This document shows positions 8,776-18,229 of a stretch of 64,000 nt of DNA, one piece after another. The translations under genes were made by a program, and so were the position numbers. The stretch is from Acidobacteriota bacterium (GTDB lineage: Bacteria > Acidobacteriota > UBA6911 > RPQK01 > JADFOI01). The stretch's first letter is position 1; every line of letters begins with the position of its first letter. The DNA is taken from contig OY760074.1 of assembly GCA_963663035.1 (NCBI GenBank), positions 416,001 through 480,000 of the forward strand, given 5' to 3'. The notes under the pieces are model-generated. The model was not told the DNA's origin and made no database searches. It was given only the letters and a program-made list of their open reading frames with translations.

Positions 8776-11142
8776 ATGGCTGATAAATCTTCAGGAAAAT
8801 CAAGTCAAAGAAGCCGGTTGGCCAAAATCTTCCTGGGAAGCAGGAAGACGTCCAAGGACCGGGTTGCCCCGCTGACGCTTCTCGAGATCCTCATCGGGAT
8901 TGGAATCGCGCTGGCGGTGACCTCATTGTTGGTGGGATTTGAGTTTCAGAGCATCCCTGATTACCAGATCGGTGACATTGCGGACCGGACGATTGAAGCC
9001 CCACGTGACTTTACCGTTGAAGATCAAGAGGCCACTTTTCAAGCCCGAGAGGAAATCCGAGAGACCGTGCCCGTGATTTTTGATCTTGATCTGAGAGTGA
9101 ACAGCTTGACGACAGCAGAGCTGCGAGGCGCCTTCACAGAAGCACGGCGGTTGATTGCTGAAGAGGGATTAGGTGCTTCTGAGACCAACCGGCTGTCCCG
9201 ACAGGCCCGTGCCGCTCTGCTCCCGCGCTTGAGGGAAATCCTTCCGAGATTGGCTCAGGGTGATGTACTGGAGATTTGTCTGAGACAATCCTTCTCTCCC
9301 TCCCTGGAGAATCAGATGCTGGCGTTGGTTCAGGAGGGGATGAAGCCTCCAGGCGTGGTCTTGCGCCGTGATGAGCTCCTGCGCTACCAGGACCGGGGAT
9401 TGATTCTGCGCAATCTGATGACAGGCCAGGATGAACTGCTCAACGACTGGATGGCTATTCGAGACTTAAGTCAGGCACGCGACCTCCTTCGACAAAATGA
9501 GTATCAGCTGACTGCAGTTAGCGGCGAGGAGAAAAAAGAGATTATTACTTTTCTGGACAGCTGGATTGTCCCCAATGTGAGCTACAACCAGAGCGAAAGC
9601 CGTGCTCTGGAAGATCTTGTCATGCAAGAGGTGGACCCGGTTCTGCTACAGATCAAAAGGGGAAGGATTCTGGTTCGCGCTGGAGATGAGGTTGAAGCCA
9701 GAGACAGGGTACTCTTGCAGCAGCTCATGACGCTTCAGCAGCCACGTCGACTGTTGGGCCAGTTCATCGGCATCTTCCTGATTGTGAGCTTCTTCTCCCT
9801 GGCAATCTGGCAGTATCTCCTGCTTTACCTGAAAAAGGAGAGAAAGATTCGCAATCGCTATCTGCTGCTTGCTCTGATCTTGTTTGGGAACCTATTGCTG
9901 ACCAAGATTTTCATTTTTCTGGTAGATGTGTTTGCCCTACGCCTGGGCGAAGAGCTTCAGGACCCTCTGAATTTTTATTTTCTGGCGCCTCTGGCACTGG
10001 GAGCGATTCTTACCATTCTCCTGGTGAACATCCAGATCTCTATTCTCTACGCCCTGACATTTTCCGTCTTTATTGGTCTTCTCACCGGAGAGACCGGGCT
10101 ATTCATCTATTCGCTGGCGGGAAGTTTGGCGGCCATCTATATTTTGGACCAGTACCGAGAACGGGCAGCCATCATCAAAGGGGGAGCCGTGGTTGGCCTT
10201 GTGAATATCGTGGTGGTGCTGGCTCTTCAGCTCTCCGCTTCGGAAACCGCTTTTCAAGCGGTCCCGTTTGCGGCGCGCGCTTCCAGCGGATTATTGAGTG
10301 GTCTGTTCGCGGCCATGTTGGCCTCGCTCCTTTTGCCCCTCCTGGAATCCTTGTTCGAGATTACGACCGATATCAAACTGCTTGAACTGTCGAACTTGAA
10401 CACTCCTATTTTGCAACGCCTGGCTGTGGAAGCTCCTGGAACCTACCACCACAGTATTATCGTCGGGACGCTGGCGGAGGCAGCAGCGGAAGCGACAGGT
10501 GCCAGTGCCCTGTTGGTTCGCGTGGGCGCCTATTATCACGACATTGGGAAGTTGAAGACGCCAGAATACTACGTGGAGAACCAGATATACGTTTCCAATA
10601 AACATGAGAAGCTCTTACCCAGTATGTCCAGCCTGATCCTGGCCAGCCACGTCAAGGACGGTCTGGCCCTTGCCGAGGAGATCAACCTGGTTCCCGAGGT
10701 TTCTGACCTCATCCCTCAGCACCACGGCACCAGGTTGATGAAATACTTTTATGAGAAGGCAAAAGACGCTGCTGGGGGAAAGGACCGGAAGGTCAACGAA
10801 AATGAGTTCCGATATCCTGGCCCCAAGCCTCAAAGTAAAGAAGCTGCTATCCTGATGTTGGCGGATCAGGTGGAGGCTGCTGCCCGGACCCTGCAGGATC
10901 CGGGTCCGAGTCAAATTCGCAACTTGATCAGGCGCTTGATCGAGGTCAACATTCAAGACAAACAGTTCGACGAATGTGACATCACCATGAAAGATCTGGA
11001 CAAGATTCTCCAGACTTTCGAGCGGGTGCTTACGGGTGTACATCATCACCGGATCGAATACCCGGGTTTTGACTTTAATAAGCAGGTGGATGAGAAGCAA
11101 CAGTTTGAGGAGACGCAAACCGAAGGTCAACGTATTCAATAG
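8776..11142 (+). CDS. 7TM-HD (HDIG) phosphohydrolase, PgpH/YqfF-like
   Basis: N-terminal TM, large extracellular domain, multi-TM region, APGTYHHS, YYHDIGK, QHHGT, RYPGPKP. Confidence 0.9.
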   Translation: MADKSSGKSSQRSRLAKIFLGSRKTSKDRVAPLTLLEILIGIGIALAVTSLLVGFEFQSIPDYQIGDIADRTIEAPRDFTVEDQEATFQAREEIRETVPVIFDLDLRVNSLTTAELRGAFTEARRLIAEEGLGASETNRLSRQARAALLPRLREILPRLAQGDVLEICLRQSFSPSLENQMLALVQEGMKPPGVVLRRDELLRYQDRGLILRNLMTGQDELLNDWMAIRDLSQARDLLRQNEYQLTAVSGEEKKEIITFLDSWIVPNVSYNQSESRALEDLVMQEVDPVLLQIKRGRILVRAGDEVEARDRVLLQQLMTLQQPRRLLGQFIGIFLIVSFFSLAIWQYLLLYLKKERKIRNRYLLLALILFGNLLLTKIFIFLVDVFALRLGEELQDPLNFYFLAPLALGAILTILLVNIQISILYALTFSVFIGLLTGETGLFIYSLAGSLAAIYILDQYRERAAIIKGGAVVGLVNIVVVLALQLSASETAFQAVPFAARASSGLLSGLFAAMLASLLLPLLESLFEITTDIKLLELSNLNTPILQRLAVEAPGTYHHSIIVGTLAEAAAEATGASALLVRVGAYYHDIGKLKTPEYYVENQIYVSNKHEKLLPSMSSLILASHVKDGLALAEEINLVPEVSDLIPQHHGTRLMKYFYEKAKDAAGGKDRKVNENEFRYPGPKPQSKEAAILMLADQVEAAARTLQDPGPSQIRNLIRRLIEVNIQDKQFDECDITMKDLDKILQTFERVLTGVHHHRIEYPGFDFNKQVDEKQQFEETQTEGQRIQ

Positions 11143-11533
11143 ACAGCACAAGTTTGTTATTGAGATGGAGGAGTTGAGAAACTTTCTTGATCAGCTCTCC
11201 AGTCAGATGGTCCTGCAGACCGGTTTTTCAGTGGTGCTGGTCAGTGATGCGGCGATGAGAGACTACAATCGGGAATTTCGCGGAAAGAATCGATCCACCG
11301 ATGTTCTCTCATTCCCCAACCAGGAGGATGAGGGGGACGAAGAGCCTTATTTGGGAGATATTCTCATCTGTGTGGAGGCCGCGGCCCGCCAGGAGAAACA
11401 CAGTTTACTGCAGGAACTTCAGGTGCTTTCCCTTCATGGATTGCTCCATCTTCTCGGATACGATCACGATACCGATCAAGGAGAGATGGAAACGCTGGAG
11501 AGAAAACTGAGGAGGAAATTTCAACTTCATTGA
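11090..11533 (+). CDS. ybeY: rRNA maturation RNase YbeY
   Basis: STDVLSF, YLGDI, HGLLHLLGYDH; start uncertain. Confidence 0.92.
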   Translation: MRSNSLRRRKPKVNVFNRQHKFVIEMEELRNFLDQLSSQMVLQTGFSVVLVSDAAMRDYNREFRGKNRSTDVLSFPNQEDEGDEEPYLGDILICVEAAARQEKHSLLQELQVLSLHGLLHLLGYDHDTDQGEMETLERKLRRKFQLH

Positions 11534-12810
11534 GTTGGTCTAGCCTGGGGTTTTTCACAGTCGCCTGTCTCGTTCTCTTGCTCTTCTTGCTCTCCATACT
11601 GGAGAGTTCCATCTCGCGCCTCTCCCGACTGACACTGAGAGTTCTGGCCGAGAGAGAAAAGAGCCCCAAACTCCATCTTTTGGAGGCCATCGCAGAAGAT
11701 CGTATCCAGTTTCTGCTGCCCCTGAAGTTTGGAGCTCAGCTGTCCATTGTCAGCTCAGCCGTCCTCATCTCCTGGTTGCTCTTCCGTTTAGATGTAGCCT
11801 ATGCTGCCGGGTGGGCTTTGGCTGGGATGGTGGCAATCGTATCCCTGTTCCGGCAGTTGTTTCCGAGACTGATCACTCAGTCTCGGGCGGAACGGGTTCT
11901 CCTCCGTTTTCTACCTCCTTTCAGAAGCTTCTATCCGGTTTTGTGCTGGGTAAGTTCTCCACTGTCCACCCTCCTGCGGTTTTCCAAGGCTTCCAATGAG
12001 AGGAACCATCTGCCCAACGGTTCCGAAGAAGAAGCCAGTGAGGAGGAAATACAGGCTTATCTCGGAGTGGGAGAGGAGGAAGGAATCATAGAGGAGGATG
12101 AAAGTGAGTTGATCCAGTCTGCTCTCGAATTCGGGGACAGGCTGGTCCGTGAAATCATGACTCCACGCACGGAAATCGTGTCTATTGAGGAAAAGGCCAC
12201 GATTGCTGAAGTGAAGGATCTCATCGTCTCCAGCAAGTTCTCGCGAATCCCGGTATACCGGGATTCGCTCGATCAGACCATCGGCGTCGTGTTCGTCCGC
12301 AATCTTCTGAGTTATCTCAGCGACGGGGGAGGGGAGGCTCCCATTACCCCATTGATCCATAAGGCATTGTTTGTGCCTGAGACAAAAAAAGTATCGAAAT
12401 TGTTAAAGGAGATGCAGCACAAGGCGGAGCATCTGGCCATCTTGATTAATGAGTACGGAGCTGTATCAGGATTGGTGACGATGGAGGATATGATCGAGGA
12501 GATTGTGGGAGAGATTCGTGATGAGGACGAGCTTGAGAGAATCGATCTGACTGACGCGGGGGACGGAAGCTACATCGTCAGTGGAGGAGCCGAGATTAAG
12601 GAGTTGGAAGAGACCCTCAGCATCGATTTCGGAGATCTGGATGTGACCACCGTGTCCGGGCTCATTGTGGGTCATCTGGGTAAAGTTCCTTCGCCCGGCG
12701 AAACCGTCCAGTTAAACGGACTGTTAGTTGAAATTCTCAGCGCGGATCAGAAAAGGATTCAAAGCATGCGAATGAGGAAGTCGGAACACAGAGAGAGAGA
12801 CAGTCAATAA
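11530..12810 (+). CDS. Hemolysin/CorC family CNNM-CBS protein
   Basis: DUF21-like TM region, VREIMTPR, FSRIPVY, EYGAVSGLVTMEDMIEEIVGEI. Confidence 0.88.
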   Translation: MSWSSLGFFTVACLVLLLFLLSILESSISRLSRLTLRVLAEREKSPKLHLLEAIAEDRIQFLLPLKFGAQLSIVSSAVLISWLLFRLDVAYAAGWALAGMVAIVSLFRQLFPRLITQSRAERVLLRFLPPFRSFYPVLCWVSSPLSTLLRFSKASNERNHLPNGSEEEASEEEIQAYLGVGEEEGIIEEDESELIQSALEFGDRLVREIMTPRTEIVSIEEKATIAEVKDLIVSSKFSRIPVYRDSLDQTIGVVFVRNLLSYLSDGGGEAPITPLIHKALFVPETKKVSKLLKEMQHKAEHLAILINEYGAVSGLVTMEDMIEEIVGEIRDEDELERIDLTDAGDGSYIVSGGAEIKELEETLSIDFGDLDVTTVSGLIVGHLGKVPSPGETVQLNGLLVEILSADQKRIQSMRMRKSEHRERDSQ

Positions 12811-12848
12811 AAGAGAGCAGGGCGGAGCTGGGAGACGAAACCGAAGCA

Positions 12849-13940
12849 GTGCACGAACGGTTCATGAAGCGGGCCTTCGCTTTGGCCCGTCGGGGGATGG
12901 GGCGAGTCAGCCCGAATCCCCTGGTGGGAGCAGTAGTCGTCCAGAACGGGCAGATTGTGGGTGAGGGGTATCACCTCTACCAGAAAAAAGATCATGCCGA
13001 GGTTGTGGCGCTCCAGAGGGCCGGCCCAGGGAGTGCCGGGGCGAGCCTTTACATCAATCTGGAGCCCTGTACCCATCACGGAAGAACCCCTCCCTGTGTG
13101 GATCGAATCGTTGAGGCCCGTGTGAGCAGGGTGTTTGTGGCTGGAAGGGATCCCAACCCGCAGGTAGCCGGCCAGGGAATTGGACGGCTACAAGAACAGG
13201 GAGTCGGTGTTCATGAGGATCTCTGCCGGGAAGAGGCCATTCACCTCAACGAAAAGTTTCTTCACTTCATTGAAACGAGCCGGCCCTTTGTACTCCTCAA
13301 GCTGGCACTGACGCTGGACGGCAAGATCGCTACCAGCGGTGGTGAATCTCAGTGGATCACCGGAAAAAAGGCACGAAAAGAGGGCCACCGGCTCCGTTAC
13401 GAGTATGATGCGATTCTGGTGGGAATCGATACCATTCTGCAAGACGATCCCGCCCTGGACGTTCGTTGGACCCGCCCCAACTCCATTGTCAAGGTGATTC
13501 TGGACTCGAAACTGCGCACGCCCAGTAAGGCCAGGCTTTTCAACTCCTCTGATCGCATCATCATCTTCTGTGGCCGCGACGCACCAAAAGGAAAGTTCGA
13601 GACCTTATCCAAACAGGCCACCGTCATTCAGGTGCCCGGGAAAAAGGGACAGCTTGATTGGAGAGAAGTCCTGACAGAGCTGGGTCAGTTGAAAGTGACC
13701 AGTCTGATCATCGAAGGGGGCAGCCGGGTTGCTGCCTCGGCCCTGCAAGCAGGCATCGTTCAAAAAATAAATTTCTTTTACGGCTCCAAGATTTTTGGAG
13801 GCAGTGGCCGCTCTGGCATTGAAAACCTGGGGGTTGGACGCGTGGAGGAGGCACTGAAACTGAGGGGAATTCGTCTGAAACGCCTCTCAGGTGATTTTGG
13901 AGTGGAAGCTTACCTGGACACTTCAGTTTCCCTCTCGTGA
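12849..13940 (+). CDS. ribD: Riboflavin biosynthesis deaminase/reductase
   Basis: PNPLVGAV, HAE, LEPCTHHGRTPPC, LDGKIA, EGG. Confidence 0.95.
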   Translation: MHERFMKRAFALARRGMGRVSPNPLVGAVVVQNGQIVGEGYHLYQKKDHAEVVALQRAGPGSAGASLYINLEPCTHHGRTPPCVDRIVEARVSRVFVAGRDPNPQVAGQGIGRLQEQGVGVHEDLCREEAIHLNEKFLHFIETSRPFVLLKLALTLDGKIATSGGESQWITGKKARKEGHRLRYEYDAILVGIDTILQDDPALDVRWTRPNSIVKVILDSKLRTPSKARLFNSSDRIIIFCGRDAPKGKFETLSKQATVIQVPGKKGQLDWREVLTELGQLKVTSLIIEGGSRVAASALQAGIVQKINFFYGSKIFGGSGRSGIENLGVGRVEEALKLRGIRLKRLSGDFGVEAYLDTSVSLS

Positions 13941-14410
13941 GTCTCACTTCCACGATCCTCAGGAGAGCTCTCAGGATTCCCGGAACCTGCGAATGCCGGG
14001 TGTGTATTCAAAAACGTGTCAAGATGCCCGGAAAAGTCCTGGAAATAATCCTTTGAGCGCAATTTGCAATTCACCGGCTCGGTGGGATGCTGTGCCTTTT
14101 GAATGAGAGCATTTTCAAACCTGCGAATGGGGCCCACGATCCGGTGGCTGAACAAGATGCTGATGAATCCAACCAGGCCAAGAGCAAAAATGAATTCCCA
14201 CCAGTGCTCCATACAGAAAGAGAGCAACGAGTAGAGGGGTTGTAATTTTTCCGTGTCGTTACCCATCAACTGGTTGGCAATCGGGTCTGCCAGGGACAGG
14301 ACCAGAAAAAACAGAGGAAAGAGCAGGGCATAAAGGACAAGCTCCATAGCAAAGCGGAGCTGCTGCTTTTTGTCGATGAATTTAGTCCGCCGAGCTCCCT
14401 TGTAGTACAT
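13910..14410 (-). CDS. Two-TM membrane protein with HAMP-like C-terminus
   Basis: Two hydrophobic helices, then SHRIVGPIRRFE...KLRSKDYFQD. Confidence 0.65.
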   Translation of the reverse strand: MYYKGARRTKFIDKKQQLRFAMELVLYALLFPLFFLVLSLADPIANQLMGNDTEKLQPLYSLLSFCMEHWWEFIFALGLVGFISILFSHRIVGPIRRFENALIQKAQHPTEPVNCKLRSKDYFQDFSGHLDTFLNTHPAFAGSGNPESSPEDRGSETHERETEVSR

Positions 14411-14486
14411 CTCTTTGCTCCTAGATATACTTTCCCATATTTACCGAGGTGGGAGCAATTTGACGCCGGGCAGGCACGATTTTCGA

Positions 14487-14785
14487 TCAGAATGCCGGCT
14501 CGGCATCTGGAGTGATTTCGCGCAACCCTTCCATTTTGTAGGGGAGAAGGCTGAGTGCGAGTCGGATGCCGCTTTTCTGGTAATAAAGCTTGGAGGGTTG
14601 CCCGTCTTCATCAATCTCGAAGTCGGGAGTACTGTACGCTCCACCGTCAATGAAGGTAGACAAAAGGCCACCCAATATACGCACCTCACCATCGTCATCG
14701 AAGTCAAGTTGTTCTGCATTGACCAGAACTAAGCCGCGGAAGGTGAAGTCCCCTTCAAAGTCCAGTTTAGCGTTATTTCCCCCAC
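14487..14785 (-). pseudogene. 3' remnant of a gene truncated by the IS, PilX-like C-terminus
   Basis: Frame open from the IS boundary: GGNNAKLDFEGDFTFRGLVLV...VRILGG...REITPDAEPAF*; 5' end cut at the IS; family assignment by resemblance only. Confidence 0.55.
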
Positions 14786-14851
14786 TGACCTTGCCCCCTA
14801 AAACGAGTCCAGTTTGAATGTTAGGATTTCCGGTTTAGGAAGGAGGCAAGG

Positions 14852-15130
14852 ATGGCAGGGAAGCGGTTTAGGGCAGAACAGATCATCATGAAGCTGCGTG
14901 AGGCAGAGGTGGGTCTGGCCCAAGGACAGAGGGTGGGACAGGTGTCGAAGCAGATGGGGGTGAGCGAGCAGACCTACTACCGGTGGCGCAAAGAGTACGG
15001 AGGGCTCCGGTTGGACCAGGCCAAGAGGTTGAAGGTGTTGGAGAAGGAGAATACCCGGTTGAAGAAGCTGGTGGCGGATCTGTCTTTGGACAAGCAGATC
15101 CTGAAGGAAGTGTCCTCGGGAAACTTCTAG
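14852..15130 (+). CDS. IS3 transposase OrfA (HTH)
   Basis: EQIIMKLRE...[16 protein letters not shown]...[18 protein letters not shown]. Confidence 0.93.
   Translation: MAGKRFRAEQIIMKLREAEVGLAQGQRVGQVSKQMGVSEQTYYRWRKEYGGLRLDQAKRLKVLEKENTRLKKLVADLSLDKQILKEVSSGNF
15118..15124 (+). promoter_or_regulatory. -1 programmed ribosomal frameshift site
   Basis: G GGA AAC slippery heptamer in orfA frame; the -1 frame reads GKLLGP into orfB. Confidence 0.8.
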
Positions 15131-16023
15131 GCCCGGCGAACAGGAGACGAGCGGTGATGTGGGTACGAGAGCGATTAGGAGCAGAGCGAGTCTCCGAACG
15201 TCGGGCCTGCCAAGTGCTGGGACAGGTTCGATCGACCCAGCGAAGGGAAAGGCAAATTCCCGATGATGAGGCCCGATTGGTGGCCCGGATGGTGGAGTTG
15301 GCTACGCAATACGGGCGTTATGGCTACCGGCGGGTCACGGCGATACTTCATGGGGAAGGGTGGAAGGTGAATCCTAAGCGGGTGGAGAGGCTGTGGAGAC
15401 AAGAAGGGCTGAAAGTCCCGTCCAGACAGCCGAAACGAAGGAGGCTGTGGCTTAATGACGGTTCCTGTGTTCGGTTACGAGCGGCTCGCAAGAACCACGT
15501 CTGGAGCTATGATTTCGTGCATGAACGGACCCATGATGGGCGAGCCTTTCGGCTATTGACGATCCTGGATGAGTACACCAGAGAGTGCCTCGCCATTGAT
15601 GTGAAACGGCAGATGAATCACCAAGACGTGTTGGACCGGCTGGCGGAGTTATTCGTTGATCGGGGAGTGCCTGAGTTTATCCGGTCCGATAACGGATCGG
15701 AGTTTACGGCACAGGCGGTCCGGGACTGGCTGCAGGCTGTTGGGGTAAGGACCTTGTACATCGAGCCGGGCAGCCCCTGGGAGAATGGGTACATTGAGAG
15801 TTTCAACGGGAAACTACGGGATGAGCTGCTGAACATGGAGATCTTCGACACGCTGGGGGAAGCCAAGGTGTTGGTAGAACGCTGGCGGAGGGATTACAAT
15901 CAGATCCGGCCTCACAGCGCCTTGGCCTATCGGCCGCCGGCGCCAGAGGCCAAACTACCTAGGTCGCAGGCACTGGATCCAATCCCTTGGAGTGGACTTC
16001 AAATGGTCCCGGGTCTAGCATAG
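15118..16023 (+). CDS. IS3 transposase OrfB (DDE integrase), translated via frameshift
   Basis: [40 protein letters not shown]. Confidence 0.93.
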   Translation, partial: GKLLGPANRRRAVMWVRERLGAERVSERRACQVLGQVRSTQRRERQIPDDEARLVARMVELATQYGRYGYRRVTAILHGEGWKVNPKRVERLWRQEGLKVPSRQPKRRRLWLNDGSCVRLRAARKNHVWSYDFVHERTHDGRAFRLLTILDEYTRECLAIDVKRQMNHQDVLDRLAELFVDRGVPEFIRSDNGSEFTAQAVRDWLQAVGVRTLYIEPGSPWENGYIESFNGKLRDELLNMEIFDTLGEAKVLVERWRRDYNQIRPHSALAYRPPAPEAKLPRSQALDPIPWSGLQMVPGLA

Positions 16024-16154
16024 AGGGTGGACTCGTTCGTGGGGGCAGGTCACAGGACAGCTTGCCCTTTTCTTTATCAGCAGTCATCAATTTCTCGAAC
16101 CACAGGCCCCTCGTGACCCATTTAGCCAGTTATTTGGCAAACTTAACTGAACAG

Positions 16155-16169
16155 GCAATTTCCATTCCA
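16155..16169 (-). promoter_or_regulatory. Putative sigma54 promoter
   Basis: Minus strand TGGAAT-GGAAA-TTGC (GG-N10-GC), pointing at a short ORF start MTADKEKGKLS that runs into the IS. Confidence 0.5.
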
Positions 16170-16298
16170 CAGTGTGACGAATTCAGGGTCGCATCTGCGC
16201 AATGCCTGCAGTTGCAGGGATTACCACTCAATGATGGGAATCTGGGGGGGGCGATTCTTCCCAGCGATGTTAACCAGGGTTTACGAATCGTGCAAGGT

Positions 16299-16985
16299 TT
16301 ACTCGAAGAGGAGAGGTTCCATCAGTTTTTCAGGATCCGAGATCAGAAAATAACCTTTCTCGACGCTGAGGACGTCTTCAGTCTGGAGTTGTCCCAGCAC
16401 TCTCGTTGCAGTTTCGCGGGAGATTCCTGCCAGTTCGGCTAGCTCGCGGTGGGTGAGGTGTAAGTTTATCCTCATTCCCTGCTCGGTTCTGATGCCGCGG
16501 TTTTGGCACAAGTGATAGAGCGCGCCACGAACTCTGGCATCCGCATGGTGGAAAGCGAGAACTGAGATTTGGGCCCAAGCATCGCGACAGCGTCTGCACA
16601 GCATCTTCAAGAACACACTGTTAACCTTGGGGTTCTGGAGCAAGACCGAGAAGTCGTGACGAGTGATGACCAGGATCGTAGTAGGAACAACGGCTGTCAC
16701 GTTGGCAGGAGTCGTTCCTCCATCGATGAGAGACATTTCCCCAAAGTACTCTCCGACTTTGTGGAAGGTCAGAATGGCTTCTCTCCCATTGGGTAGGGCT
16801 CTGGAAACCTTCACACGCCCTTTCTTAATGACATACATGTACTTTCCTGTGTCTTCTTCCAGGAAGATAACCTCATTCCTTTTGTAAGTCCGCTCCTTGA
16901 ACATCTCTGCCACTGATTCCACTTCTGCTTCGGCCAGATCTTCGAAAATTGCGACCTCTCTGAGGAAGTCCTGGTTCTCTGTCAT
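16299..16985 (-). CDS. Crp/Fnr family transcriptional regulator
   Basis: cNMP-binding fold FGEMSL; HTH LTHRELAELAGISRETATR. Confidence 0.92.
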   Translation of the reverse strand: MTENQDFLREVAIFEDLAEAEVESVAEMFKERTYKRNEVIFLEEDTGKYMYVIKKGRVKVSRALPNGREAILTFHKVGEYFGEMSLIDGGTTPANVTAVVPTTILVITRHDFSVLLQNPKVNSVFLKMLCRRCRDAWAQISVLAFHHADARVRGALYHLCQNRGIRTEQGMRINLHLTHRELAELAGISRETATRVLGQLQTEDVLSVEKGYFLISDPEKLMEPLLFE

Positions 16986-17584
16986 ATTTTCCCTAACAAG
17001 ATGAGAAGTGTTTCAAGGCTCTGCAAATGATAACGTTCAACCAACTCCTCAAGGAGGTCTGGCACTGTTTCCAGATCCTGCAGATGAGTTTGAACTTGGT
17101 CGATCAGAGGTTCACTTCGAAAGACTAGATTACCACAACGGAGTGCGTGTCTGGCCCCTACTCTGGCCAAATGGTGCCCCAGAGTGCGGGCCGCCGGGTA
17201 GAAGAAGAGAATGTTTGGACCAGGCAGGGGAATCAGGGGTAACCCAACAATTCCCCCCACTATGGAGAAAAAAGCGTCAATCCGAACCCAACGGCTGTGC
17301 TTGAGGTAGCGAGCTTTGAGGAAGGCGAGAAGCCTTTCCTGTGCCTCAGCCGAATCGATACTGGCGGGATGGTAGACCTGCAAATCAGTGGCGTGTCGCA
17401 GTTGAGAACACAGTCGCTCGTGGTAGTCCAGTTTATCCATGAGTCTCTGATAGGCCTGCTGTACTCCGTGCTTGACTCGGTCCCATGTCCCTGAGCCTGC
17501 GGCCATTCCTTGGTTGGGTCTAGAAGCCTTTTCCAAAATGGGATAGCTTTCGCCATCATGGGTTTCAAACAACAGCAAGTTCAT
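16982..17584 (-). CDS. Hypothetical membrane protein
   Basis: 200-aa ORF coupled to neighbours; hydrophobic segment ending LPGPNILFFY. Confidence 0.7.
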   Translation of the reverse strand: MNLLLFETHDGESYPILEKASRPNQGMAAGSGTWDRVKHGVQQAYQRLMDKLDYHERLCSQLRHATDLQVYHPASIDSAEAQERLLAFLKARYLKHSRWVRIDAFFSIVGGIVGLPLIPLPGPNILFFYPAARTLGHHLARVGARHALRCGNLVFRSEPLIDQVQTHLQDLETVPDLLEELVERYHLQSLETLLILLGKI

Positions 17585-17593
17585 GGTCAGACT

Positions 17594-18229
17594 CTAGTGA
17601 GACTCCTGTCCCAGGGCGAGATACTGGGATACTCGTTTAGCTGGATTGGGGGCATTCACGATGTCGGAGATCACAGCCACTGAATCGGCACCCGCTGCCC
17701 ACACCTGTGCAGCGTTATTCAGAGAGATTCCTCCGATCGCCACCACTGGATACCTGCTCTCTGCAATGAGCCTGCTCATGGTTTCCACTCCCAGGGGTGG
17801 ATTTCCCCCTTCCTTGGTTGAGGTGGAGAAGACGGGGCCGATGGCGATGTAGTCGATATCTTGGGACTGGGCCTCCAGAAACTGGTCCTGATTGTGGGTT
17901 GAAAGCCCAATGAGAGCTTCTTTTCCTAACAGCTCCCGGGCCACTTTCACGGGAAGATCTCCTTGACCCAAATGAACTCCGTCAGCTCCCCCAGCCAGGG
18001 CCAGATCGACCCGGTCATTCACCAGAAATTGTGCCCCCAGAGGCTGGCACAAAGATTGAATCTGGAGAAGCTGTGGATAGAGGAGAGAATCGGAAAGGGT
18101 GGGTTCCCGCACCTGAAGAAATCGTGCCCCTCCCTCCAGGTAACGCTTGGCTAATTGAGCGTGGTTGAAACCGTTGCAGTTGTTCGAGTGGGTGACGGGA
18201 TACACTTTTCCCAAGTGGAGCTGCCTCAT
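17594..18229 (-). CDS. thiE: Thiamine-phosphate synthase
   Basis: VNDRVDLA, GVHLGQGD, GLSTH, GPVFSTSTK, AIGGI; start at ATG 18229. Confidence 0.93.
   Translation of the reverse strand: MRQLHLGKVYPVTHSNNCNGFNHAQLAKRYLEGGARFLQVREPTLSDSLLYPQLLQIQSLCQPLGAQFLVNDRVDLALAGGADGVHLGQGDLPVKVARELLGKEALIGLSTHNQDQFLEAQSQDIDYIAIGPVFSTSTKEGGNPPLGVETMSRLIAESRYPVVAIGGISLNNAAQVWAAGADSVAVISDIVNAPNPAKRVSQYLALGQESH

Larger units (their letters stand above)
14786..16052 (+). mobile_element. IS3-family insertion sequence (1267 bp)
   Basis: IRL TGACCTTGCCCCCTAAAACGAGTCCA, IRR TGGACTCGTTCGTGGGGGCAGGTCA; TG...CA ends; orfA/orfB inside. Confidence 0.93.

Noticed and set aside
8197-8875. Several overlapping ORFs here and at 60592-60963, 3023-3328 and 30625-30991
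   Set aside because: They lie within or across MITE copies and have no protein motifs; spurious
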